DNA of 59,884 nucleotides, filler included, from Barthelona sp. PAP020 (lineage: Eukaryota): NCBI GenBank assembly GCA_040182905.1. It is 3 parts of 3 records of this genome, joined end to end, with 100 filler letters (N's around TTAATTAATTAA, not from the genome) between each part and the next. Parts side by side here need not be neighbours in the genome. Positions count along the whole stretch, not along the records: positions 20,015 to 39,901 come from JARQWU010000200.1; 2 more parts are not named here. One strand, given 5' to 3'. The position numbers were made by a program, and so were the translations under genes. The number at the start of each line of letters is the position of its first letter. Position 1 is the first letter of the stretch. A model generated the notes under the pieces. It ran no database searches and was not told the origin of the DNA. It was given only the letters and a program-made list of their open reading frames with translations. Of this stretch, positions 30,448 through 40,001 are shown one piece after another.

Positions 30448-31653
30448 TCACAATTGATCCAAATCTAAAATTCCATCATCTGACTCATCACCTGAATCTT
30501 CATCGCTATCTTCTTTTGTATTTCTTTTATCGTCAATACTCTTCACATTAGAAATTGCTTCGGACAACGAATTTTCGGATGGATTCCACATCTGATTGAT
30601 TTCAATTCCCTTTTCATTTTGAGCAGCAAGGATTTCTTGATTTAATTCATCATCATTTTCAGGTAAAACAAGGTAATGAACAACATCAGCAATAACACCT
30701 TTATTTTCTTGATCTTCTTCAATTTCGTTGAATTCATTTAAAAATTTGTAAAGAATTGAGTTTTTTAAGAAAATTCTGGTTTTTTTATTTCTTAATAACA
30801 ACAACAAAACCTCTAAAGACATTCTTCGAATGTGAATGTCTTCTTCAAATTTAGTGTCTGGGTCATTGATTCTACGTTTTAAGAAATCAGGAATTTCAAC
30901 ATTTTCAAGTTTTAAATTTAAACGATGATCAGCCAAAAAGAATAAAACATGTTCATGAATGTCTAAATCCACCAATTTTTCATGTGATTTATCGTTAAAT
31001 GCTAGATTTTTAAACAATCCAAGGACGCATCCTCGAATTCGAGGATTAGAATTGGTTAAATAGGGAATAGAATACTTTAAAATTGAACTATTCAATAAAT
31101 AATCACAGCCTTCAGCATTTTGAGCACAATTCATCAAAATACTAAACATATAGTTAAAAGGATTCATTTTGACCTTTTTTTCCAAATTTCTAGAGATAAC
31201 AAACAATTTTAAAATCATAAATCCCAACTTTTTATCTTTAGCTGAATAATTTATCAGTATTTCAGTAGCTTCTGAACTAAGGGTAATGTTGGATAAAAAC
31301 ATTAATGCTTTAATGTTCAATTCACTCAAAGAATTTCTAATAATCCAATCTAACACATTCTCAACAATATTATTCTTGATAATTTGTATTCTAATAGGTT
31401 CAGTCTCACTCAAATTGATCAAACAATCAAACGCAGGATTCATTCCAAGAACATGATATTCTCCATTTTCAATAATGGATGGTTTATGTGCAATATATTG
31501 ACTTAACAATGATAAAAAATTGCATCTCAATATTAATTCAACAGCATCATTATCATCAACATATTGTGATATGGTTTGTAAAGCTATTGATCTTGCTTCA
31601 ACATTGCTTCCAAATACAAATGGAACAATCTTCGCTAAATCACTCAATGACAT
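30448..31653 (-). CDS. HGH1: Hgh1/FAM203 ARM-repeat eEF2 chaperone
   Basis: N-terminal ...SNVEARSIALQTI, AFDCLINLS, RIRGCVLGLFKNLAFNDKSHEKL, and the C-terminal EEDIHIRRMSLEVLLLLL...RIFLK...LYKFLNEF pattern of the DUF383/DUF384 domains. Confidence 0.8.
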   Translation of the reverse strand: MSLSDLAKIVPFVFGSNVEARSIALQTISQYVDDNDAVELILRCNFLSLLSQYIAHKPSIIENGEYHVLGMNPAFDCLINLSETEPIRIQIIKNNIVENVLDWIIRNSLSELNIKALMFLSNITLSSEATEILINYSAKDKKLGFMILKLFVISRNLEKKVKMNPFNYMFSILMNCAQNAEGCDYLLNSSILKYSIPYLTNSNPRIRGCVLGLFKNLAFNDKSHEKLVDLDIHEHVLFFLADHRLNLKLENVEIPDFLKRRINDPDTKFEEDIHIRRMSLEVLLLLLRNKKTRIFLKNSILYKFLNEFNEIEEDQENKGVIADVVHYLVLPENDDELNQEILAAQNEKGIEINQMWNPSENSLSEAISNVKSIDDKRNTKEDSDEDSGDESDDGILDLDQL

Positions 31654-31772
31654 AAAAAGTTATTCTTTGAGAAAAGTAAGATACATTTTCAATAATTTAC
31701 TTTGATCATTTCTTTAATTATCCTTTAAAAAAACCTAAATTTAAAGAAACAGAATAAAGAATTCAATTGGCA

Positions 31773-32693
31773 ATGTTGAATCCCTTTCTTCAAAATCTTT
31801 TTTATTTCATGAATCAACATCCTTATTCCGTTGAATATTCAAAATATTTCGATGAACAATACAATATAGTATCGAATGGAATTACTTTAAGTTGTTATTC
31901 AAAAAATCATACATCTGATGATCTTTTCGGACAAATCGTTTATATTCATGAATTATGCGATACTGGATTAACTGCAGCATGTCTTTGCGATGTGTTTTCT
32001 ATCAATTACGATATTTTTTCTTTCGATCTTCGTTCTCATGGTTTTTCTCAAAAAACTGATGATATGTCATTAGACTCAATGACCAATGATCTTATTGCAT
32101 TCATTAAAGAATTGCATTTGGCTGATAATATTCCCTTCATTGTAATTTCTCATGGTTTTGGCACATCATTTATTTTGAATGCTTTTGATTGTTTAGAACG
32201 TAGACCTGATTTGTTATGTTGTGTTGACTCTGTACAAGAAATTCTAGCACAACAAATTACCTTTTTACCTCAAATAAAAGAATATCTTAACGAAATCAGC
32301 ATTGAAGAAGAACATTGTTTGGACATGCTTCAACGGTTTTTAAACAGTAAAAACCCTGTGTTGAAAGCTATTGCCAGTGGGAGATTTGAAAAAGTTGCTG
32401 GTGGTTTCAAACATGTTTATTGTTTTGATACTGATGTGGAAGTCATCGAATCTTATGTTCATAATTTGGATCTGAAGTTAATTGAAACCCTTGATCTTTG
32501 TAATATTGTTATTTTTGCAGCTTCAATTCAATCTATAAATATACCTTTGCCAATTTTTACAAGAAGTGAGTATGGACAAATTGAAATTATTGACTGCGAT
32601 TCTAAATCTCATTTCTGTCATTTGCATGATGTCAATCCAATTTTTATTTATGTTCAAAGTTATGTATCTCGCTTTAGACAATTGAACTGTTGA
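31773..32693 (+). CDS. Alpha/beta hydrolase, protein phosphatase methylesterase-1 (PME-1)-like, with a degenerate nucleophile elbow
   Basis: SFDLRSHGFS (cf. DLRGHG), ISHGFG (cf. VGHSMG), CVDSVQE (cf. VIDVVEG), SHFCHLHD (cf. GHxVHED). Confidence 0.6.
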   Translation: MLNPFLQNLFYFMNQHPYSVEYSKYFDEQYNIVSNGITLSCYSKNHTSDDLFGQIVYIHELCDTGLTAACLCDVFSINYDIFSFDLRSHGFSQKTDDMSLDSMTNDLIAFIKELHLADNIPFIVISHGFGTSFILNAFDCLERRPDLLCCVDSVQEILAQQITFLPQIKEYLNEISIEEEHCLDMLQRFLNSKNPVLKAIASGRFEKVAGGFKHVYCFDTDVEVIESYVHNLDLKLIETLDLCNIVIFAASIQSINIPLPIFTRSEYGQIEIIDCDSKSHFCHLHDVNPIFIYVQSYVSRFRQLNC

Positions 32694-33030
32694 ATAAATG
32701 TTCCTGATTTTTTTTTTTTTTTTCTCAGATTCTACGGTGACAAAAGTTGAGAATTTTGTAAAATTTGCTTCAAACACACAGAATCTCTCAGATTCAAAAG
32801 AACAAAACTTTGTCTTTCTTTGACAATATTTTTTAAATAATTTTTTTTTCGAATTATGTTTACTATAGTGTTAATTTAGCTATTTATCCAAAAATGTGAA
32901 TATTTTAAATTGAAAAAAAAAAGTGGAATTTTTATGGAAAAACAAGAAAGAAATTGACCAATGATGAAAAGTTTGCACGACCGAAATATTTCATAATAAC
33001 CTTTTTTTGGCTTCAAAAAAACTTACCAAA

Positions 33031-34257
33031 ATGAACTTTCCTATCAAAGTTGAAAATCCCCTTGTTGAACTTGACGGTGATGAAATGACCCGTATCGTTT
33101 GGAAAATGATCAAGGATGAATTAATTTTACCTTATCTTGACATTGATCTCAAGTATTATGATCTTGGTATCATGAAACGTGATGAAACTGATGATGCTAT
33201 CACTGTTGAAGCTGCTAACGCTATTGTTAAGTATGGTGTTGGTGTTAAGTGTGCCACTATCACCCCCAATTTAAAGCGTGTTGAAGAATTCGGTTTGAAA
33301 AAATCTTACAAATCTCCCAATGGTACTATTCGTAACATTGTTGGTGGTGCTATTTTCCGTGCTCCTATTGTTATGAAGAATGTTCCTCGTTTGGTTCGTA
33401 ATTGGAAGAAGCCTATTACTGTCTCTCGTCACGCTTTTGGTGACCAATACAAGGCTTCTGAAATTTATTGTGATCGTCCCGGTGATCTCACCCTTTCATT
33501 TGTATCTGATGATGGTGAAAAGACTATCACCAAGAAAGTTTATCATTTCGAAGGTCCTGGTGTTGCTATGGCTATGTATAACACTGAAGCTTCAATTCGT
33601 GAATGGGCTCACATTTGCATGAAGTTCGCCATTGATAAGAAACAAGATCTTTTCCTTTCTCACAAGAACACTATCTTAAAAATTTACGATAACAAATTTA
33701 AAGATATTTTCTTTGAAGTTTATCAAGAATATAAGGATCAATTCGAAGCTTTAGACATTGTTTTCCAAGATCGTTTAATTGATGATATTGTTGCTTATGC
33801 TTTGAAGGTTGAAGGAGACTTTGTTTGGGCTTGTAAGAATTATGATGGTGATGTTCAATCTGATCAAGTTGCTCAAGGTTTTGGTTCTCTTGGTTTGATG
33901 ACTTCTGTTTTGGTCAATCAAGATGGTGTTTATGAATATGAAGCCGCCCACGGTACAGTTCAAAGACATTATTATGCCTACAGAGATGGAAAAGAAACTT
34001 CTACCAATCCCATTGCTTCTATTTTTGCCTGGACTGGTGCTTTGGCCAAGCGTGGTGAATTGGATGGAACTGAAGACCTTATTAAATTTGCAAAGACTCT
34101 TGAAAAAGCCATCATCTACACTGTTGAAGAAAAGAACATCATGACCAAGGATCTTGCTTTGGTTATTAATGGAAGCAACATGACTCGTTCTGACTACGTT
34201 CTTACTGAAGAATTTATGCATGCCATCAAGGAAACCTTGGAAGAAATGCTCAACTAA
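33031..34257 (+). CDS. idh: NADP-dependent isocitrate dehydrogenase
   Basis: VELDGDEMTR, KCATITP, SPNGTIRN, RHAFGDQY, KNTILK, CKNYDGDVQSD, GSLGLMTS, EAAHGTV, TNPIASIFAW. Strong codon bias; no targeting presequence. Confidence 0.97.
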   Translation: MNFPIKVENPLVELDGDEMTRIVWKMIKDELILPYLDIDLKYYDLGIMKRDETDDAITVEAANAIVKYGVGVKCATITPNLKRVEEFGLKKSYKSPNGTIRNIVGGAIFRAPIVMKNVPRLVRNWKKPITVSRHAFGDQYKASEIYCDRPGDLTLSFVSDDGEKTITKKVYHFEGPGVAMAMYNTEASIREWAHICMKFAIDKKQDLFLSHKNTILKIYDNKFKDIFFEVYQEYKDQFEALDIVFQDRLIDDIVAYALKVEGDFVWACKNYDGDVQSDQVAQGFGSLGLMTSVLVNQDGVYEYEAAHGTVQRHYYAYRDGKETSTNPIASIFAWTGALAKRGELDGTEDLIKFAKTLEKAIIYTVEEKNIMTKDLALVINGSNMTRSDYVLTEEFMHAIKETLEEMLN

Positions 34258-34765
34258 GAATCCCAATACATATATATTTTGAAGACTAAAAATGGTTACT
34301 TTTTTGTAAAACTGTGTCAATTTTTTTTGATTTTTCCAAGTTTGTGAAGAAACAAAGAGATATTGCATTGAAATGATTATAAATGATGAAATCATACATT
34401 TCACATTGTCAATTCATGTAAAATGCCCAAGCTTTAAAGATTAATGCATTATTAAAAAAAATATCTGCTGAACAAAATTGAAACTGATAATTTTGTTGAA
34501 CAAGATGAAATACAATTAATTTAAGGATCTTCTCATCGACAATATTCAAAGATGAGTCTTAAAATGAGCTGCACAATTGTAAAGGTTGTCATATAAAGGT
34601 TGTTTGAAGAAATCTTGAATCTAAAACCTTTCTTATTCTTTTTTTATTGGTTGGAATATGAACAAAATGATTGGGTTAGAATAAAATTTGAAGGTGTGTC
34701 ATTGAAGAATTGAAAACAAGACAAATATTTTTTTTTTGAACAATCTCTCACCCAAATTTGAATGA

Positions 34766-36760
34766 ATGAATGATGAAAATTGTAGTATTCACCCCCATGA
34801 ACCATTGATAATAAGTAAGCATGGGAAGTATTTGAGATTTTTGAATTTTTTAAATGAAGAACAGTTTTTATATTCAAATGAAAACGAAGTTGTTTTTTGT
34901 GATTTTATAAATGATGAAAAGATATATATATTAGAAAAATTAAAGAATATTTGCAAATATAACATCATTGAAATGAATATTAAAGACAACACCAATTATA
35001 AAGTGATTGAATTTGAAAGTTCTTCAAAAATAGTTCAATTTATGCATGAAACAATGGATTATTATTTCCTTACATCAAATAAACAACTGGGTTTCATTAA
35101 ACACCCCAATATCTTGATTCTTGTGAACATATTTCATTTTTTTCAACAAACACCATCCTTACAGAACAATTTTGAGAACAATATAAAGACAAAAATTTTT
35201 CAAGAGAATGAAACTGTTTGCAAATTTTTATTTTTCACCAAACTTGAATTGGTTGTATGTGAATTAACTAAAGCTACACATGTGATAAAAATTATTTGGA
35301 GAATAACATGTAAACAGAATAATCATATTGTTGATGTGCATTGCAAGAATAATTTGATATTTGTTTGTAATCAATTGACTGTAACAACATATCAAAATTT
35401 TAATGAAAGTTTTGGGATGTTATTCTTCAAAAATTTTGAAAACAATACAGATAATTTTATCTGTAGTTCAATTATGTGTGATAATGAGTGTAAAATTTTA
35501 TTTGTTGGTTTAAATAATGGTAAGATGTTGCAATATAACATTCCATTTGGTACCTTTATGAATGAAATATTTTTAACAAATCAAAAACGGTTAGATAAAT
35601 GTATAAACTTAAAATTGGAAAAGATATCATTGCAAAAGGAAAGTTTAGGTAAAGTTTTGAGAATGAAAAGTTCAAAAACATATTATATGATTGAATACAT
35701 GCATTCAATCTATTTTATTGATATTCAAACATTTAAAGTTGAGAATTTAATATTATATCCACGATTTATTGAGACTTTTTCATTTCAAGGGGAACATAGC
35801 AAACCCCTAATTCTTGCTAAAGATATGTGTTTGTATACAATGTGTAACTATCATAAATATGAGACTTTTATTGATATTTTACATATAATTAAACCGAAAT
35901 TAAATCATTTAATGTTTCATTCACAATTAAATTATGGGCTTAATCCTTTATTATTATTAAAAAAATTATATATTTTAAATGTTAAGAATGATGATATTAT
36001 AATATGTTATGAGAATTATTTATACTATATTTCAGCAAATAATAAAAATTTTGCCAGGGAAAAGAAATATTTTGATTTAAAAATAATCAAAATAATTTCA
36101 AATATTGCAAACAATAAATTTTTATTGATAAGTTCAAATTGTATTCTATTGTTAGATCAATCATTCAATGTTTTAGATACTTTTAACTCTAATTATACAA
36201 TTATTGATGCATGTATTTATAATCAAGATCAAATATTCTTATTAGCAAACGAATATGTTATTGCTTGTTCTATATTCATGTCTACAATTCAATATCTACA
36301 TTCAACAAATGTTAAGACTTTATCAAACATTCAAAAAGTTCAATCTTCAAATTTCCTAAACAATTTAATCATTCAAAACAATTTTCAGTTGTTTTCTTTT
36401 AATTTTATAAACAATGAATTGATTGAATTAATTGATCATACAACTAAAAAACATTTGACTTGTGAAAATTTTCAATTACATGATACTGGTTTATTTATTT
36501 CTTTAAAAGTTAAAAACAAATTTGAAATTCGTCGTTCCTTAGATTCTTTGCTATTACATGAGATCTACTTTGCTGATGATGATGAAAATACACAAAGTAT
36601 TATTACCTCATTTACTTTTCAACAATTTCAGTTTTACTATGTCAAACATAATAAATTATTTATTGAAACCCTTCCAAATAGTTTGATCAATTCAATCAAC
36701 TTTATTTATAGTCAAAATAAGAAAGAAAACAAAAGAATTTTCAACATATTGGATTTTTAA
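34766..36760 (+). CDS. Divergent beta-propeller (WD40-like) protein
   Basis: 664 aa ORF with propeller-type strands (SIHPHEPLII, ILFVGLNNGKMLQYNI). Very AT-rich codons. Confidence 0.5.
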   Translation: MNDENCSIHPHEPLIISKHGKYLRFLNFLNEEQFLYSNENEVVFCDFINDEKIYILEKLKNICKYNIIEMNIKDNTNYKVIEFESSSKIVQFMHETMDYYFLTSNKQLGFIKHPNILILVNIFHFFQQTPSLQNNFENNIKTKIFQENETVCKFLFFTKLELVVCELTKATHVIKIIWRITCKQNNHIVDVHCKNNLIFVCNQLTVTTYQNFNESFGMLFFKNFENNTDNFICSSIMCDNECKILFVGLNNGKMLQYNIPFGTFMNEIFLTNQKRLDKCINLKLEKISLQKESLGKVLRMKSSKTYYMIEYMHSIYFIDIQTFKVENLILYPRFIETFSFQGEHSKPLILAKDMCLYTMCNYHKYETFIDILHIIKPKLNHLMFHSQLNYGLNPLLLLKKLYILNVKNDDIIICYENYLYYISANNKNFAREKKYFDLKIIKIISNIANNKFLLISSNCILLLDQSFNVLDTFNSNYTIIDACIYNQDQIFLLANEYVIACSIFMSTIQYLHSTNVKTLSNIQKVQSSNFLNNLIIQNNFQLFSFNFINNELIELIDHTTKKHLTCENFQLHDTGLFISLKVKNKFEIRRSLDSLLLHEIYFADDDENTQSIITSFTFQQFQFYYVKHNKLFIETLPNSLINSINFIYSQNKKENKRIFNILDF

Positions 36761-37369
36761 CATCATTTGACACATAAAGAAATTACTCATTATCTGTTTA
36801 TTATTGTCTTATTTAGTTTTGATACTGGTAATACACAAAAAGATTTATACACTCTTTCCTTTGTACGTTCACTAAATAAAAGTTTCAAAAATTAGATTGT
36901 AACCAATCTAACACTTTGGCTCCAAATAAAGAAAAAATTTAAATCGAAGATTTTTTGGTAAATAATCAGTCAATACTAATATCATATCTGAAACTGTTGA
37001 ACAACTCTCCTGCAGATGATAATCCAAAAGAAAAGTGGGGGAAAAATTGTTTTTTGCTGCATCAAAAGCTTTTTCTTTTGCTGATCACAAAAATTACATT
37101 TTTAGCTCCAAATCTTTGTTCTTAGAATGAATTGAAATAAAATTTACTCCCTTTGATTAAATAACTGATTGTTTTCTTGCAAATAAATCCCCAAATATCT
37201 AATGAAATTTCTTTGATAGCAAAAAATATCATGTTGTGAAAGATTAGATCACATAAGCTGTATAAGTTAAATAATGTGATGTGTAATTGTCAACAACATA
37301 ACAGAAATTCACATTCTTTCAAGAAATTGAAAGAAGAAATTTCTGTTGACTTATTTTTTTTACATTTCA

Positions 37370-38536
37370 ATGAATTTGAACACATTATTTCCCAAGAAAT
37401 TACAAAAATCAGACATATTTTCTGAGGTGATGTGCAAAGATTATGGTGTTATTAAATCTGTTTCATGTTCTTTGGATGGACATTATTTTGCTCTAGGATC
37501 AGAAGATAGAAAATGTGGATTATATATATTTGAAATGGCCAGTAGAAAATTGATAAAAAATATTACTGATGAAAAATATTCCACAACTCAAGTCCAATTT
37601 TCTCCAGATTGTTCTTTACTTGTCACATGTGGCATTGGAGGGGATATTATTTTCTATAAAGTGAATGATTTTTCAAAAATCTTCTGTATTTCCCTTGGAA
37701 ATGAAACACCTGTTGAATGTCTTTGTTTTACTTCAGATTCCAAATATTTATACTATGGTACTCGTGATGGAGTCATTGGAAAGATTGATGTTAAAGAGCA
37801 AAGAATTGTAATTGAAAATAATGTGCATGAAAGAAGAGTTTTATCTATTGATGTTACTGAAAATAGGGTATTTAGTGGTTGTATCCTTGGACATCTCAAG
37901 ATTTCTAATTTAGATTTGCTTTTGATAGAAGATATTTTTCAACATGAGCACGGTGTTATTTGTACAAAAATAAGCAAGAATGCTGAATACATGGTTACTG
38001 TTGGTTGGGAAAATATAATGTATATTTGGGATTTTGCTTCATTATCTATCAAGCATGAGATCAAAGTTGATTCATTCAACAGTTATGTGGATGTTTGTTT
38101 TTTAGATGATGATCAATATATAGTCATGAAATCAAAAAGAGATACAATCTGCATTTGGTGTTTGAAAACAGGGAAAAAAGTTTCAAGTTTAAATGTTCCT
38201 AAAAGTTTAGGATTTCAATTTGACGTACACCCAGATCAAAATACATTAATTTGCTTTAATCATTTTTTGAGTGTTGGTGATAATGGTCGTGGAGAATGTA
38301 TGCGATCACGCCTCCATTTTTTCCCTTTAGTTCGAGAATTCAAGGACAATATTAAGTCTCGAATGCAACTAATTGAGTATTCAGAAGAGATGAATGGTGG
38401 TGTTGTTTCATATTTGAAAAAGAATATTAATTCATACAGTGATTTATTAAATTGGTTGTTATTGAATGGGTTACATGTGTCTGATGATGAAAGAGCATTA
38501 ATGAGTGATGAAGAAAAAGAATTTATCATAAATTGA
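37370..38536 (+). CDS. WD40-repeat protein
   Basis: SLDGHYFALGSED, QFSPDCSLLVTCG, FTSDSKYLYYGTRDG, VGWENIMYIWD, TICIWCLKTG. Confidence 0.85.
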   Translation: MNLNTLFPKKLQKSDIFSEVMCKDYGVIKSVSCSLDGHYFALGSEDRKCGLYIFEMASRKLIKNITDEKYSTTQVQFSPDCSLLVTCGIGGDIIFYKVNDFSKIFCISLGNETPVECLCFTSDSKYLYYGTRDGVIGKIDVKEQRIVIENNVHERRVLSIDVTENRVFSGCILGHLKISNLDLLLIEDIFQHEHGVICTKISKNAEYMVTVGWENIMYIWDFASLSIKHEIKVDSFNSYVDVCFLDDDQYIVMKSKRDTICIWCLKTGKKVSSLNVPKSLGFQFDVHPDQNTLICFNHFLSVGDNGRGECMRSRLHFFPLVREFKDNIKSRMQLIEYSEEMNGGVVSYLKKNINSYSDLLNWLLLNGLHVSDDERALMSDEEKEFIIN

Positions 38537-39053
38537 GTTTTATTCACAAATATATATTTTTTTTAAATTTTGAAAAGGCCAACATTAAGAACTTCTGTGA
38601 TTTTATATTTGTCAAAAGCTTTCTATAACATGAATACATCTTTTTGGTTTAAAAACTGAAAAAGTTTTTCATGTAATGAAATATGTGAAAACCATTCAAA
38701 AAGTTCTCAAATATGAGAGGCTTGTTAAATTGAATAAAGAAAAACATTACCATAAAATTGTGGATGTGTGTTCTTTGAGGGATTTTATTTTTTGTTTCAT
38801 ATTTTGATTGCAACCATGAACACCTGAGAGGGACATATTTTTGTCATTTTGACAGACTCTCTAAGGTATGCCCAAATAACCTTGATATGGGGAACCATCA
38901 AAAGATGTTCCGTATGATCAAACAGTAAAAGATAGCAAACACTTGAAATATGCAATTAAAAAAAAATATTTTTATCAATTACTCAACTTAAAAGCTGGTG
39001 GCAACCGTAAAATAACATTTTTCGTGAAAAGAAAATACCAGATCGAAACAAAC

Positions 39054-39740
39054 TCATGCATTTTTTGAAGAATTGAACAAACTTTTTTTTTTATTTTTAG
39101 GTTTAATTTTTATTTGCTGATTTTCCATTACAAAGCTTGAATGTGGTGCTTCAGAAACATTTTTCAAAGCATTTTCTTGGTTAGAAATTTGTTCTTTCTC
39201 ACTTTGTTCTTCTTTTGTTACTTCATTTACTTCTTCAAGTTCAATAATATCCACAGTTCCATTACTGTTTCCTATCAACAAATGATTATCACTTTGATCA
39301 GTTACTCTGGTGGAATCAACACCTAATTCATTCAATATTGAATTGAATTTATTATCTAAAGGTTCAACAATCAATTTGGGTTGAGATTCTTCTTTGACAT
39401 GATTTTCCAAAACATCAGATTCAGAATATAATTCGGCAATATATGCATTGTTTCCGACATTATCTTCAATATTATTTGATGAAAATTTGTTCAAAGATTC
39501 ACATAAAATATCTTTTCTTCTCTGTAACATGTCAACTGTTTGAGTATTTGTTTTTTCGCAAAAGTAATTTTCTCCAAGGGATACTATAAACTTATTTGTA
39601 TTTGTGATTAATCCAGGAATAAATGCCATTTTGGTAATTGGAACCAAAATTTGATCTTCGGTTTTTTTTTCCAGAAGTTTCAAATATTTAATCGTACTTT
39701 CACAATCATGAATCCTTTGTGAGACATTAAATGGCTCCAT
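39054..39740 (-). CDS. URI1: Unconventional prefoldin RPB5 interactor (URI/Bud27)-like
   Basis: Alpha-prefoldin core ILVPITKMAFIPGLITNTNKFIVSLGENYFCEK, an acidic extension, and a C-terminal KKKSLF motif. Confidence 0.75.
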   Translation of the reverse strand: MEPFNVSQRIHDCESTIKYLKLLEKKTEDQILVPITKMAFIPGLITNTNKFIVSLGENYFCEKTNTQTVDMLQRRKDILCESLNKFSSNNIEDNVGNNAYIAELYSESDVLENHVKEESQPKLIVEPLDNKFNSILNELGVDSTRVTDQSDNHLLIGNSNGTVDIIELEEVNEVTKEEQSEKEQISNQENALKNVSEAPHSSFVMENQQIKIKPKNKKKSLFNSSKNA

Positions 39741-39901
39741 ATCTGAAATATCTACAAAAAAAAACTTTCTTCTGAAAAAACAATTTACAATTCATAAAAA
39801 CTAGTTTACACATATTAACTCTTCAAACAAGGAATATTGTCGTAAAGATAATGAACAATTTGTTCTTTATACTGTAAATCAATATTATTATTCATACACC
39901 A

Positions 39902-40001
39902 NNNNNNNNNNNNNNNNNNNNNNNNNNNNNNNNNNNNNNNNNNNNTTAATTAATTAANNNNNNNNNNNNNNNNNNNNNNNNNNNNNNNNNNNNNNNNNNN
40001 N
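39902..40001. other. Artificial scaffold linker (44 N + TTAATTAATTAA + 44 N)
   Basis: Same 100-nt structure as 19915-20014. Confidence 0.95.
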
